The translations under genes were made by a program, and so were the position numbers. From NCBI GenBank assembly GCA_963169695.1, contig CAUJDS010000076.1:14452-46451 (forward strand): a DNA stretch of 32,000 nt. Direction: 5' to 3'. Under the pieces are notes generated by a model. That model saw only the letters and a list, made by a program, of their open reading frames with translations, did not search any database and was not told the DNA's origin. Below are positions 16,121 through 25,047 of the stretch, piece by piece. Each line of letters starts with the position of its first letter. The first letter of the stretch is position 1. This DNA is from Bdellovibrionota bacterium (GTDB taxonomy: Bacteria; Bdellovibrionota; UBA1018; CAUJDS01).

Positions 16121-16903
16121 ATGAACCTTTCATCATTCTTCGGTGTTTTGCTAGGAATTGGAATTGTCGTTGCAGCGATTCATGAAAGTGGAATGCAGGC
16201 TGCATTCTTTCTAAATTTTCATGGTGTGGTGATTGTCGTAGGTGGAACACTTGCAGCGGCAAGTATTAGTTTTCCACTCTCAAAAGTTCTATCTCTTCTA
16301 AGGGTATTTTTTCAACGGGTTCTAGGAAGGAATAAAATCGACTACCAATCGATCATTACCCAACTACTTGAGGCGAATCGAAAGTTCAACCTCGGTCAAG
16401 GGTCGGTAGCTGAGTTGACTGCTGGAATACAACACAGCTTCCTTAAGGAAGCGATTGAGCTTGCAGCAACAGGTGTCCTGACTCAAAAAGAAGTGAGGCA
16501 AGTCCTTGAGCAGCGTGTAAAAACTATGGAAAATCGCTATATGTACGAAGCCAATATGTTTCGTATCCTAGGGCGATTTCCTCCAGCGTTTGGACTGCTC
16601 GCCACAACCCTAGGAATGATAGCGCTACTACAAAATCTTGGTCAGCCTGGCGCAGAAAAGCTCATCGGACCAGCCATGTCTATAGGACTCGTCGGTACCC
16701 TCTATGGAATAGCACTAGCCAACCTCGTTTTTCTGCCCATCGCAGAGAATCTCACTGTGAGAACCAAGGAAGAAATGGAATTGCGTCGGATGATCATAGA
16801 GGGAGCTGTCTTACTTAAGGCGCAAGTGAACCCGATGTCTATGCGAGAGAGCCTCAATTCCTTCCTTGCACCAGGAGAGCGCGTACTGAGAAGGGCTGCG
16901 TAG
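16121..16903 (+). CDS. motA: MotA/PomA-like stator protein
   Basis: 260 aa; LLGIGIVVAAI..., FHGVVIVVGGTLAAASISFPLSKV; FRILGRFPPAFGLLATTLGMIALLQNL...AMSIGLVGTLYGIALANLVFLPIAENL, with prolines in TM3/TM4 positions. Confidence 0.9.
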   Translation: MNLSSFFGVLLGIGIVVAAIHESGMQAAFFLNFHGVVIVVGGTLAAASISFPLSKVLSLLRVFFQRVLGRNKIDYQSIITQLLEANRKFNLGQGSVAELTAGIQHSFLKEAIELAATGVLTQKEVRQVLEQRVKTMENRYMYEANMFRILGRFPPAFGLLATTLGMIALLQNLGQPGAEKLIGPAMSIGLVGTLYGIALANLVFLPIAENLTVRTKEEMELRRMIIEGAVLLKAQVNPMSMRESLNSFLAPGERVLRRAA

Positions 16904-16911
16904 GAACACCT

Positions 16912-17739
16912 ATGGCACTTTCATTCTTAAAAAAGAAGAATCCGGAATCGGATTCGTCGGAGAAACTGCCTGACCAGCCTCATGATTCTTATCAATCAGA
17001 AGGAGATGAATCCAATTGGCTGGTGTCCTACGCGGATATGATGACGCTACTCTGTGCTTTTTTCATCATGATGTTTAGTATGTCGACCCTGCAGACGCCA
17101 AAGTTCGAGAAGGCCAGGGAAGAGGTTTCAAAGCACTTTGGAGGCGGCTATGACAAGCCCAACGCCCAACTTTCTAAGGTGGTGCAAGATTCAATTGCTT
17201 CGGCCCAATTGGGTAAGGAAGTCACAGTAAGATCGAATCCGGCAGGTGTTTCTATAAGCTTTGAATCCACGCTCTTCTTTGACAGCCTAGGCGCGGCTGT
17301 CAAATCAGATGGCCAGAAAGTTCTCACAGAACTTGCTCGATCAGTCTTGAGATACGCCAAAGACCATCAAATGAAATACAAAATTGTAGTGGAAGGGCAT
17401 ACAGACGCTCAGCCCATCTTAAGCGGCACCTTTCTATCAAATTGGGAACTATCTGGCGCTCGAGCCTCTCGAGTGGTCGACATTTTCTTGGCCCAAGGAT
17501 TTCAACCCGCTGACTTCATGCCAGTAGGGTACGGATCGACCCGACCTCGTGAGCCAAGCCGAGATTCAAACGGAAACTGGATTCCAGAAAATCTTGCCAA
17601 AAATAGGCGTGTGGTCCTGCGCATCCTAGATTCACAAGAAAACTCCATCCCTTGGAATATGGACTTGGACCTAGCTATTGATCCGCCACCCGAATCGGCA
17701 AAGTCTGCCGCCATTGCGCTTCCACCCCCTTCTCACTGA
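16912..17739 (+). CDS. motB: MotB-like stator protein with OmpA-type peptidoglycan-binding domain
   Basis: NWLVSYADMMTLLCAFFIMMFSMST (candidate ion-binding Asp at 17035-17037); YKIVVEGHTDAQP...NWELSGARASRVVDIFL...VGYGSTRPREP...NLAKNRRVVLRI. Confidence 0.93.
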   Translation: MALSFLKKKNPESDSSEKLPDQPHDSYQSEGDESNWLVSYADMMTLLCAFFIMMFSMSTLQTPKFEKAREEVSKHFGGGYDKPNAQLSKVVQDSIASAQLGKEVTVRSNPAGVSISFESTLFFDSLGAAVKSDGQKVLTELARSVLRYAKDHQMKYKIVVEGHTDAQPILSGTFLSNWELSGARASRVVDIFLAQGFQPADFMPVGYGSTRPREPSRDSNGNWIPENLAKNRRVVLRILDSQENSIPWNMDLDLAIDPPPESAKSAAIALPPPSH

Positions 17740-17764
17740 TCCTAGTGAGAAGAGGTCCTGCCGG

Positions 17765-18571
17765 ATGCGATGGAGTTGTCCGCATTGTAAAGTAAGTCAA
17801 AGTATTCCTGACGAACGAGTAGAGGGGGGCTGGTCTTTTGCTCGATGCTACAAGTGCAACGGATATTCTCTCGTGCGCAAGTCTGACGTCAAAACATTTA
17901 AAGTTGCACAACCACCCGAACAAGCCACCGTTCTCAATTCCCATCCCAGCGAAGTACCTCTCATGAGCCGAGAGGCTACTAACCATTTGCAATTGACACT
18001 GAAGAATGCGGCCATTCGATCCGAAAATTTTCAAGAACTGGCAAAGTCTCTTCAGAACCAAGAAGTGAATCAGACTAATGAGGGGCCAAAAAAAGCTATA
18101 AGCGAACGTATGCTTCCCTATGCCATTGGTCTTGCTGGAGCCCTCGCGCTCTTTTCCGGCGCCTACCTATTTATGGAGGGACAGTCTCTTTGGAATAAAG
18201 CACACCATGCAAGCCGAGAAGCCGATCCCATTCCAGTAGAACCTAGCATTGCAGCACCGATCAAAGATGAACTGAAAGAAGCAGCAATGGCCCCTGTTCG
18301 AGAGCCCGTACAGGAATCGGCTCAAGTACCGGAGACCGTCTTCAAACCGGAAGTCATTTATCGCTCTATCGTCATTAAGCCTCTTGCGGACCGCGTAAAT
18401 CTGCGGACTGAGCCAAACGTGCAGGCGGGTATATCCGGTACGGCGACACGTTCGGATCGCTTTACGGTACATCAATGGAAGAGCGACTGGTTTGAGGTTT
18501 CAAACGTGAAATTTCCGGATAAAAAATACTGGATCCGAAACGACTTCGTATCTGTAGCCGAAAATGAATAA
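17765..18571 (+). CDS. Zinc-ribbon (MJ0042-like) protein with TM helix and C-terminal SH3b-like domain
   Basis: MRWSCPHCKVSQSIPDERVEGGWSFARCYKCNGYSLVRK; MLPYAIGLAGALALFSGAYLFM TM; VIKPLADRVNLRTEPNVQAGISGTATRSDRFTVHQWKSDWFEVSN SH3b-like; start assigned to the ATG at 17765. Confidence 0.7.
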   Translation: MRWSCPHCKVSQSIPDERVEGGWSFARCYKCNGYSLVRKSDVKTFKVAQPPEQATVLNSHPSEVPLMSREATNHLQLTLKNAAIRSENFQELAKSLQNQEVNQTNEGPKKAISERMLPYAIGLAGALALFSGAYLFMEGQSLWNKAHHASREADPIPVEPSIAAPIKDELKEAAMAPVREPVQESAQVPETVFKPEVIYRSIVIKPLADRVNLRTEPNVQAGISGTATRSDRFTVHQWKSDWFEVSNVKFPDKKYWIRNDFVSVAENE

Positions 18572-18575
18572 ACAG

Positions 18576-20093
18576 CTACCGAGGATTCTGAGGCTTACAA
18601 AGCCAAACTGAGATTGCCTTGCCAGGTACACCCATTCGTTCTTGAATCGGCACAAGTTGATCTTCACAAAAGGAATTTCTGAAGCCAGGCCCTTGGGCAT
18701 AACGTTGGTCCGTAACGTAAATGACTGGTTCGATTAGTGCTGGCCAATCTGTACGGCGCTCTTCACTTAGACCAAGGTCTCTCCAATCCGAAGCTTCTCT
18801 AGCGTCTACTGGCAAGCGCGTTGCAGCGAATTCAGGACCAAGCGCCATAGCTGCTTGTGACAAAGTTTGGTAACGAGATCCGATGACAGGAAGTTGCGAG
18901 GAAAGCCCTTTTGACTTCAAAAATGAGGGAAGAAAGCCCCACCCTCTCAGGTCATTGGATGGATCATGGAGGGGATTAGGTATTTGATTCAAGACGTACT
19001 TCTCAGTCCATCCAACCAAGGGAAGGTGACAACCTAGAAAAACCAATGCGGTTAGAGCAATACTCACTTTCCAAAATCCCTTAAACAATCTATGGAGTGA
19101 AAGTCTTGACCAGTGAGTTGAAAAGAAAAGCATTAGCGGAAACCAAAAGGTCAAACTCCAATGAATTTTATAGTCCGAAAAAAAAGGTTGAAGCCCAAAA
19201 ACAAGAAATGCAGGGAAGAACCAAACCAGTAAATACCTCTGCTCTCTAGGAAGGGGCCACTTTCGACCTGTTCTCATTCGCTCCCAAAGTAACCGAGCCG
19301 AAAAAAGCATGAGAACGGGCCCAGCTACTAAAAATTGCAGAAGCCAAAATCGGAGACCCTGTTGAAGACGAAAGTGCCCCCCCGAGTGCCGCTCCGAAAG
19401 CTGGTAAGCAATAGGGCGCCAATCTTCCTGCCAATTCCAATAGAGCGTAGGCAGCAGTGATAAGCCGATTGATAAAATAGAGAGAAAAAGAAGCCGCTTC
19501 CACCGACCATGCTGAATAAGATTTTTTCTCCAGAGGATCAACGAACCAAAGGCACTGGCAGCTGGCAAGATTCCCGAAAATTTGGACAATAGGACCAAAG
19601 CATAGCCAGCAACGAGGAGAACTTCATTTTGCTTAGTGGGCTCACCCACGATTTCTGCCCAAACGGCGTAGATCAATAAACTCATTCCGAAAAACATCGG
19701 AAGGTCAGGAACACTCATCCACAGCCCCAATACAAATCCAGAGAAAGCAAATACACCTGCGAGCAATCCCCTGAAGGCTTCTCTTTCATCCCGCAAAACC
19801 AGACAGAGCCAGCGGTGGGCAAAAACCAAAATCCCAAAACTGCAAATAGCTGCCCCGAGGCGCATCAATCCGGGAGAAGTGGCAGACCACCCCAGGATGG
19901 CCCCAACCTTTTGAATGAAGTATTGAATCCAAAGTATCATTGGCGGGTGGTACGCAAATCCCCAGCGCCACTCACGAGAAAGCACCCAGTAATAGGCCTC
20001 ATCATCGGAGGGTCCAAGCATTGCCCCATGTAGCCACAGCAGCGTACACAGCCCAAAAAGTAAGTAGGTAGGTTTTTTAATGAAATGCGTCAT
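18576..20093 (-). CDS. Polytopic glycosyltransferase, GT39/ArnT-like (PMT_2)
   Basis: GPSDDEAYYWVLSREWRWGFAYHPPMILWIQYF N-terminal motif of the family and multiple TM segments. Confidence 0.8.
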   Translation of the reverse strand: MTHFIKKPTYLLFGLCTLLWLHGAMLGPSDDEAYYWVLSREWRWGFAYHPPMILWIQYFIQKVGAILGWSATSPGLMRLGAAICSFGILVFAHRWLCLVLRDEREAFRGLLAGVFAFSGFVLGLWMSVPDLPMFFGMSLLIYAVWAEIVGEPTKQNEVLLVAGYALVLLSKFSGILPAASAFGSLILWRKNLIQHGRWKRLLFLSILSIGLSLLPTLYWNWQEDWRPIAYQLSERHSGGHFRLQQGLRFWLLQFLVAGPVLMLFSARLLWERMRTGRKWPLPREQRYLLVWFFPAFLVFGLQPFFSDYKIHWSLTFWFPLMLFFSTHWSRLSLHRLFKGFWKVSIALTALVFLGCHLPLVGWTEKYVLNQIPNPLHDPSNDLRGWGFLPSFLKSKGLSSQLPVIGSRYQTLSQAAMALGPEFAATRLPVDAREASDWRDLGLSEERRTDWPALIEPVIYVTDQRYAQGPGFRNSFCEDQLVPIQERMGVPGKAISVWLCKPQNPR

Positions 20094-21067
20094 CGAAATA
20101 CGAAATTTCCGGCCTCAGCTCCTATAGCTGGATTGTAATCCGGAACTCGAAATTCAACCACTGCATGCATCCCTTTTTTAAAGGCTTCCCAATAGGAGTT
20201 GGCTTTATCGGGATTGGCAGTAGGCAACTCAAGTGTCAACGTAGGAATACCCCGCTCCTGTCCTGCGTAATTGCCGAGAGAACCTACAAAGTAGCCACCA
20301 GAAACGGCATGGACCTTCGATCGAAGTCGCAAACACTCCCGAACATAATCGTTTGGAAATCGCTTTAACGTCAAAACATTGGGGCCATCATAATCCATAA
20401 AATTCAAAGGCGCGTGAATGGAAAGGATCTTGTTAGGGCGAAAACGGTAAATCAAATTTCTCTGAAAAATGGTTTCCGGCTCTGAATTGGGCGATGCCCC
20501 TGGATTTCGTCGCGGATCAGATCGAAATCGCTGCTTCCATAAAGCCAATGCACTCTTCTTCCAGTCTCGCGTATGAAAATTGCGATTCAAATCCACGCCT
20601 CTCGCATTATATCTCGTTCTCTTATCAAGATAGAAGCCATCTGGATTTACCAATGGTGCAATGATGACTCTCGCTCCCGGTGAATCCTGTGGATGAAGAT
20701 GAAGCCACTCAATGAGCTTGAGGCCCAGGTACAATGGCGTATTTTCATCCGGATGCACCATGGTCAGAACCAGTGTCGTATTATCCGAATCCTCAGGGCC
20801 AAACTCAAAATAGACAAGTGGCCTGCCTAGAATGGATTGGCCACCGACACGAAAAAGGTCCTTGCGAACGCAAACTGGAACCTTCCACCCAAAATCCTGA
20901 ACAGCTTTCTCTAAATTCTTGCACCAGACTTCTCTCTGAGCTTCGAGCTGAGCAGCTTCCTCTCGAGCCCAATTAGGCGAATGGTTACTGCCACCAAAGG
21001 CTAGGTAAGGAATAAAATTTCCAAAAAGGATTCCTAATAGCGCGGCACGACCAAAAGTCCGTCTCAT
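20090..21067 (-). CDS. M14-family zinc carboxypeptidase, murein tripeptide amidase MpaA-like
   Basis: TMVHPDENTPLYLGLKLIEWL (HxxE), LVNPDGFYLDKRTRYNARGVDLNRNF, SIHAPLNF; start assigned to MRRTFGRAALLG at 21067 (4-bp overlap with upstream gene). Confidence 0.75.
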   Translation of the reverse strand: MRRTFGRAALLGILFGNFIPYLAFGGSNHSPNWAREEAAQLEAQREVWCKNLEKAVQDFGWKVPVCVRKDLFRVGGQSILGRPLVYFEFGPEDSDNTTLVLTMVHPDENTPLYLGLKLIEWLHLHPQDSPGARVIIAPLVNPDGFYLDKRTRYNARGVDLNRNFHTRDWKKSALALWKQRFRSDPRRNPGASPNSEPETIFQRNLIYRFRPNKILSIHAPLNFMDYDGPNVLTLKRFPNDYVRECLRLRSKVHAVSGGYFVGSLGNYAGQERGIPTLTLELPTANPDKANSYWEAFKKGMHAVVEFRVPDYNPAIGAEAGNFVFR

Positions 21068-21675
21068 TTTACAATATTCCGACGATTGGCAAGCCACTTT
21101 GACACGAAGAAAACTCCAACTAGTAAAATGGTGATCCAGATACCATACTGTGCTTTGCGAATGATTCGAATGACTTTGTCGACGTGCTCACCGAAGTAAT
21201 AGAGCGCATAGACAATCAATGGAACACTGATCAAGGCTGCAATTCCATCGTAAAAAATAAAAACACGAAAGCGCATATGCATCAGACCCGAGGTAAAATA
21301 AATGGGCGCGCGTAGTCCGGGCATAAAGCGAGCAGTGAAAATGAATTTATTTCCGTGAGTCCGAATCCGCTCTTTGATGACTCTTTCGCGACTAGGAGTC
21401 AGAAGGTTCTTAAATGGCCATCGCTTCAGTACTTTTTTTCCATAGGCCGCACCCAGCCAAAAAACAAAGCTATCGCCAATCAAAACTCCAAAAAGCGACA
21501 CCAAGACCATGAGGTGATGATTCGCCTTGCCGTAGTAGGCAGAAAGACCCGCCGCAAAGAGCGTCACGTCCTCAGGAATAGGTAGACCCAGCCCGCACGC
21601 AAGTAGGATGGCAAATACAATGAGGTAAGGAACAGGACCCTCGAGGCCCAATAGAAAGGTAACTAACTTATCCAT
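21064..21675 (-). CDS. DedA-family membrane protein
   Basis: GLGLPIPEDVTLFAAGLSAYYG; FVFWLGAAYGKKVL; FTARFMPGLRAPIYFTSG. Confidence 0.85.
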   Translation of the reverse strand: MDKLVTFLLGLEGPVPYLIVFAILLACGLGLPIPEDVTLFAAGLSAYYGKANHHLMVLVSLFGVLIGDSFVFWLGAAYGKKVLKRWPFKNLLTPSRERVIKERIRTHGNKFIFTARFMPGLRAPIYFTSGLMHMRFRVFIFYDGIAALISVPLIVYALYYFGEHVDKVIRIIRKAQYGIWITILLVGVFFVSKWLANRRNIVK

Positions 21676-21699
21676 GAGTTGATTCTCTGTTCTACTGGG

Positions 21700-22623
21700 C
21701 TATCGCCCTCTTTTCAAACTCAAAGGATGAGCTTCCGCATACTCCTTGGCAATGCCTTCATAGTCCAAGTGAGTATAGCGCTCCGTGGTAGCCAACTGAG
21801 CGTGTCCCAGAAGCTCCTGAATCGACCGTAAGTCCGCGCCATGATTCAATAAATGTGTTGCAAAGCTGTGGCGCAAAGCATGAGGCGAGAATCCTTTTTC
21901 ACTATAATTCAATGCTGTGTCATCAAGCTGTATCCAATAGCGGCCAAAGATCCGAGCCACACTCCTCGTGCTTAGGCGGTCACCACGGTAGTTGGTAAAG
22001 ACGGGCGCGCCTGATAAAGCGCCAACACGCGCTGCTAAGTGTCCCCTCAGGGCCCCAACTGCGGGCGCGCCAAGCGGTACCCTTCTGGATTTGCCACCCT
22101 TGCCCAACCGAACCAAGAGCCAACCCCCCTCCAGGTCTAAATCTCCCAAGTCCAAACCCACCAGCTCGGACACCCTCAGTCCCGCCCCATAGAGCACCTC
22201 CAGAAGAGCGCGATCGCGCCTTCCCAGTACCTTCTCCACATTAGGCAGGAGCATCAGATCAAGAGCCTGTTGGACCTTCAAGTAGCGAGGTAGGGCTCGC
22301 TCGGATTGAATTTTGGGCACCCTCGCGAGAAGGACCTGAGAAATCTCTTTTTTGCCTCTCAAAAATCGTAGAAAGGAGCGAAGCGCAGAAATCTTTCGCA
22401 CCATCGAAGCCCGTGACCACGGCGGCTGATGTCCATGGAGGTAACTTCGGATAAAATTTTCGGTTAAGCCGGCCCAGGGATCACTGGAACCGAGGCTTTG
22501 TCTGCTTAGCGCCTCCGTCCACCCCGCCAGATCCGATCGATAGGCACGCAATGTGTGGGCCGAAACCCCACGGTTTTTTTCAATAAAAAGAAGAAATAGG
22601 TCCTTTTGTTCTTCCAAGCTCAC
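21700..22623 (-). CDS. xerC: Tyrosine recombinase, XerC/XerD family
   Basis: Catalytic residues in YGAGLRVSELVGLDLGDLD, RLGKGGKSRRVPL, HALRHSFATHLLNHGADLRSIQELLGHAQLATTERYTHL; GTG start. Confidence 0.9.
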   Translation of the reverse strand: MSLEEQKDLFLLFIEKNRGVSAHTLRAYRSDLAGWTEALSRQSLGSSDPWAGLTENFIRSYLHGHQPPWSRASMVRKISALRSFLRFLRGKKEISQVLLARVPKIQSERALPRYLKVQQALDLMLLPNVEKVLGRRDRALLEVLYGAGLRVSELVGLDLGDLDLEGGWLLVRLGKGGKSRRVPLGAPAVGALRGHLAARVGALSGAPVFTNYRGDRLSTRSVARIFGRYWIQLDDTALNYSEKGFSPHALRHSFATHLLNHGADLRSIQELLGHAQLATTERYTHLDYEGIAKEYAEAHPLSLKRGR

Positions 22624-22654
22624 TGTGATAAATGCTAGCTCCTTAATACGAAAA

Positions 22655-24028
22655 ATGGAAACTAGGCAACCTGTTCACATCATCGGCGCTGGTCTCGCAG
22701 GTAGCGAAGCGGCCCTTCAACTTGCCGCACGTGGCGTCCCCGTGGTGCTTCATGAAATGCGCCCGGTAAAAATGACCGAAGCTCACCAAACCTCACGGTG
22801 TGCGGAGCTTGTTTGCAGCAACTCCTTTAAGTCGCGCACGGAACCTTCGGCTCCAAGCATCCTGAAGCAAGAACTCAAGGCCATGGGCTCTTTTCTTCTC
22901 GACCTGGCCTACCAAAACGAAGTGCCGGGTGGAGAGGCACTCAGTGTTGATCGTGATCGCTTTTCAGCGAGCGTGGATGCGAAGATTCGATCCAACCCAC
23001 TCATTGAGTTGAGTATTGGAGAAGTTCGAGAACCTTTTCCCGACGCGATCAACCTCATTGCCACCGGACCACTCACCGGTGAGAACCTTACGCAATGGAT
23101 ACAGAAGCAGACAGAATCCAAGCAGCTGTATTTTTACGATGCCATTGCCCCGATTGTTGATGCCGCAACGATCGACTTCGATGTCGTATACGGAGCCAAT
23201 CGATACGACAAAGGCGAAGTCACGGCCTACCTCAATTGTCCCTTCACAGAAACTCAATACCAAGCCTTCCTTGAAGCACTCCTTATGGGTGAGCAGGTTC
23301 CTTCCAAGAACTTTGAAAAAGAAAACTTTTACCAAGGTTGCCAGCCGATCGAGGCCATAGCCGCTTCGGGCTCTGAAAGCCTTCGCTTTGGACCCATGAA
23401 GCCCGTGGGGTTGATTGATCCCAAGACCGGCAGAATTCCCCATGCAGTTGTTCAGTTAAGGCCGGAGAATCTATCAAAATCCGCTTACAACTTGGTGGGA
23501 TTTCAAACCAAATTAAAATACGGCGAACAACTCAAGGTCCTTAGAAAAATCCCTGGACTCGAGAAGGCCGAATTTTTTCGATATGGATCGGTTCATCGCA
23601 ACACCTATCTGTGCGGTCCGCGGGCACTTCGCCCTGATCTTTCACTTAAGAGAAATCCAAAAATTTATTTTGCCGGTCAGATTACAGGAGTGGAAGGATA
23701 CCTTGAATCTGTCGCTACGGGCCTGCTCGCGTCTCATTTTATTTGGAATAGGCTAACCCAGAATGCGGTTGTTCCGCCTCCAGCTAATTCAGCACTCGGA
23801 TCATTGCTGAGGCATGTGCTGAGATCGGATCCTGATCGCTTTCAGCCATCAGGAATTCATTTTGGGCTTTTTGAAACACTGCTCTTTGACGATGTTACTG
23901 GCCTCAAACGAGACCAAGCAAGGCAGCGCATCTCTACACAATCGCTAGAAAATATTTTGACTTGGTCAAAAGAAGCTGGAGAGCCGAAATCGGCCCCCCA
24001 GCCCACTTCTGTTCAAACCTTAGTTTGA
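22655..24028 (+). CDS. trmFO: Methylenetetrahydrofolate-tRNA-(uracil-5-)-methyltransferase TrmFO
   Basis: VHIIGAGLAGSEAALQLAARGVPVVLHEMRPVKMTEAHQTSRCAELVCSNSFKS; NPKIYFAGQITGVEGYLESVATGLLAS. Confidence 0.96.
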   Translation: METRQPVHIIGAGLAGSEAALQLAARGVPVVLHEMRPVKMTEAHQTSRCAELVCSNSFKSRTEPSAPSILKQELKAMGSFLLDLAYQNEVPGGEALSVDRDRFSASVDAKIRSNPLIELSIGEVREPFPDAINLIATGPLTGENLTQWIQKQTESKQLYFYDAIAPIVDAATIDFDVVYGANRYDKGEVTAYLNCPFTETQYQAFLEALLMGEQVPSKNFEKENFYQGCQPIEAIAASGSESLRFGPMKPVGLIDPKTGRIPHAVVQLRPENLSKSAYNLVGFQTKLKYGEQLKVLRKIPGLEKAEFFRYGSVHRNTYLCGPRALRPDLSLKRNPKIYFAGQITGVEGYLESVATGLLASHFIWNRLTQNAVVPPPANSALGSLLRHVLRSDPDRFQPSGIHFGLFETLLFDDVTGLKRDQARQRISTQSLENILTWSKEAGEPKSAPQPTSVQTLV

Positions 24029-24838
24029 AAAGTGTACTTTCGCACGCTTGCTATTGAGCTTCATGAGATAAGCATTGATCTTATCTTCTTTGCTTTTCGA
24101 TGGCTTCACTGCCCGAACCTTAACTTGGTTCGGCACTTCCGTCACACGCGTCAACGCTGAAGCTTCTGCGGATGGCATTCTTGCAAATGCAAGAACTTGC
24201 GGAGTGGTGTTGCCCTTGAGAACATCACCAAAATCAGCAAATACGCCTAATCCACTTTGGCCTGCGCCCGTTCCAGTGAAAACACCGGCTACGCCGCGAA
24301 CTTTGCCCATGGTGAATTGTGGAAAAAGATCAACTCCACCAATCGCTTGTCCCAAGCCTTCTAATTCCTTGATTGCGAGTGCAGAACCAATGACCGCCAC
24401 TCCAGGTGCTACCGCCAAATAGACCTTTGACTTTGAGCTACCAACGTCAAAGCTGAATACTTCCGCACTTCCTGTTCCAATTGGAATCAAATTGCCGTTA
24501 GGCAAACGCGCATCACCTACTACTCGATCATTGATCGCTTGAGTAAGATTGACATCAACCGACAGCTGACCGCCGCCGCCAGCATTGGGCCGCAGAGCAA
24601 CGGTACCGTATTGTTTGCCAGGATGGCTTGCATTCATGATTGGCAGTTCAATCGCAAAAAGAACAATGCTCTTGGTGTCCAAGTCTGCATCAAGGCGAAC
24701 ATGTGCCTCGCTGTTCACGGTTGAAGCCACCACATTGGCATTGCGAACAATACTGAACCCTTTTTTTCCGCAACCACTTATCCATGCACTGCACACTACA
24801 AGCGTGACAAGAGCCACACTGACTCGATTTCGAAACAT
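24020..24838 (-). CDS. Putative lipoprotein of unknown function
   Basis: 272 aa, signal peptide with lipobox-like AWISGCG; tail-to-tail 9-bp overlap with trmFO. Confidence 0.6.
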   Translation of the reverse strand: MFRNRVSVALVTLVVCSAWISGCGKKGFSIVRNANVVASTVNSEAHVRLDADLDTKSIVLFAIELPIMNASHPGKQYGTVALRPNAGGGGQLSVDVNLTQAINDRVVGDARLPNGNLIPIGTGSAEVFSFDVGSSKSKVYLAVAPGVAVIGSALAIKELEGLGQAIGGVDLFPQFTMGKVRGVAGVFTGTGAGQSGLGVFADFGDVLKGNTTPQVLAFARMPSAEASALTRVTEVPNQVKVRAVKPSKSKEDKINAYLMKLNSKRAKVHFSN

Positions 24839-25047
24839 TCCTAAGACCTCCAGATTTGCAGTCGCGACATTGCGAAAGCTAACTATTACTCGGAATATTA
24901 ACTAATTTTAATTATATTAATTCATCGCGTCAATCTATGTTTTTTTCGAGCATACTTAATTAAATCGATTTATTTTTTTAGCGAGATGGCAAGCCCCTGT
25001 TCTTAAGGGTTTTCTCATTGAGAATTGAATACCCCTGAGATACTCCC

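Noticed and set aside
16121-17739. MotA/MotB-like pair as a Zorya (ZorAB) anti-phage system
   Set aside because: The MotA-like protein is a normal 260 aa with no long cytoplasmic tail, no ZorC/ZorD/ZorE-like helicase or nuclease gene is adjacent, and the neighbours are FliG-like and envelope genes.
16121-17739. ExbB-ExbD/TolQ-TolR type energiser
   Set aside because: The second protein has a full OmpA/MotB peptidoglycan-binding domain and the MotB SYADMMTLL...FF motif, and the first has MotA-type TM3/TM4; this is a MotAB-type unit.
21700-22623. Tyrosine recombinase as a mark of an integrated element
   Set aside because: The protein looks like chromosomal XerC/D, sits next to trmFO and housekeeping genes, and no tRNA, direct-repeat att site or phage/ICE genes were seen.
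24976-25047. Attenuator or terminator-like hairpin upstream of prs (CCCT...AGGG followed by TTTT)
   Set aside because: The stem is only about 4 bp; too weak to support a regulatory call.
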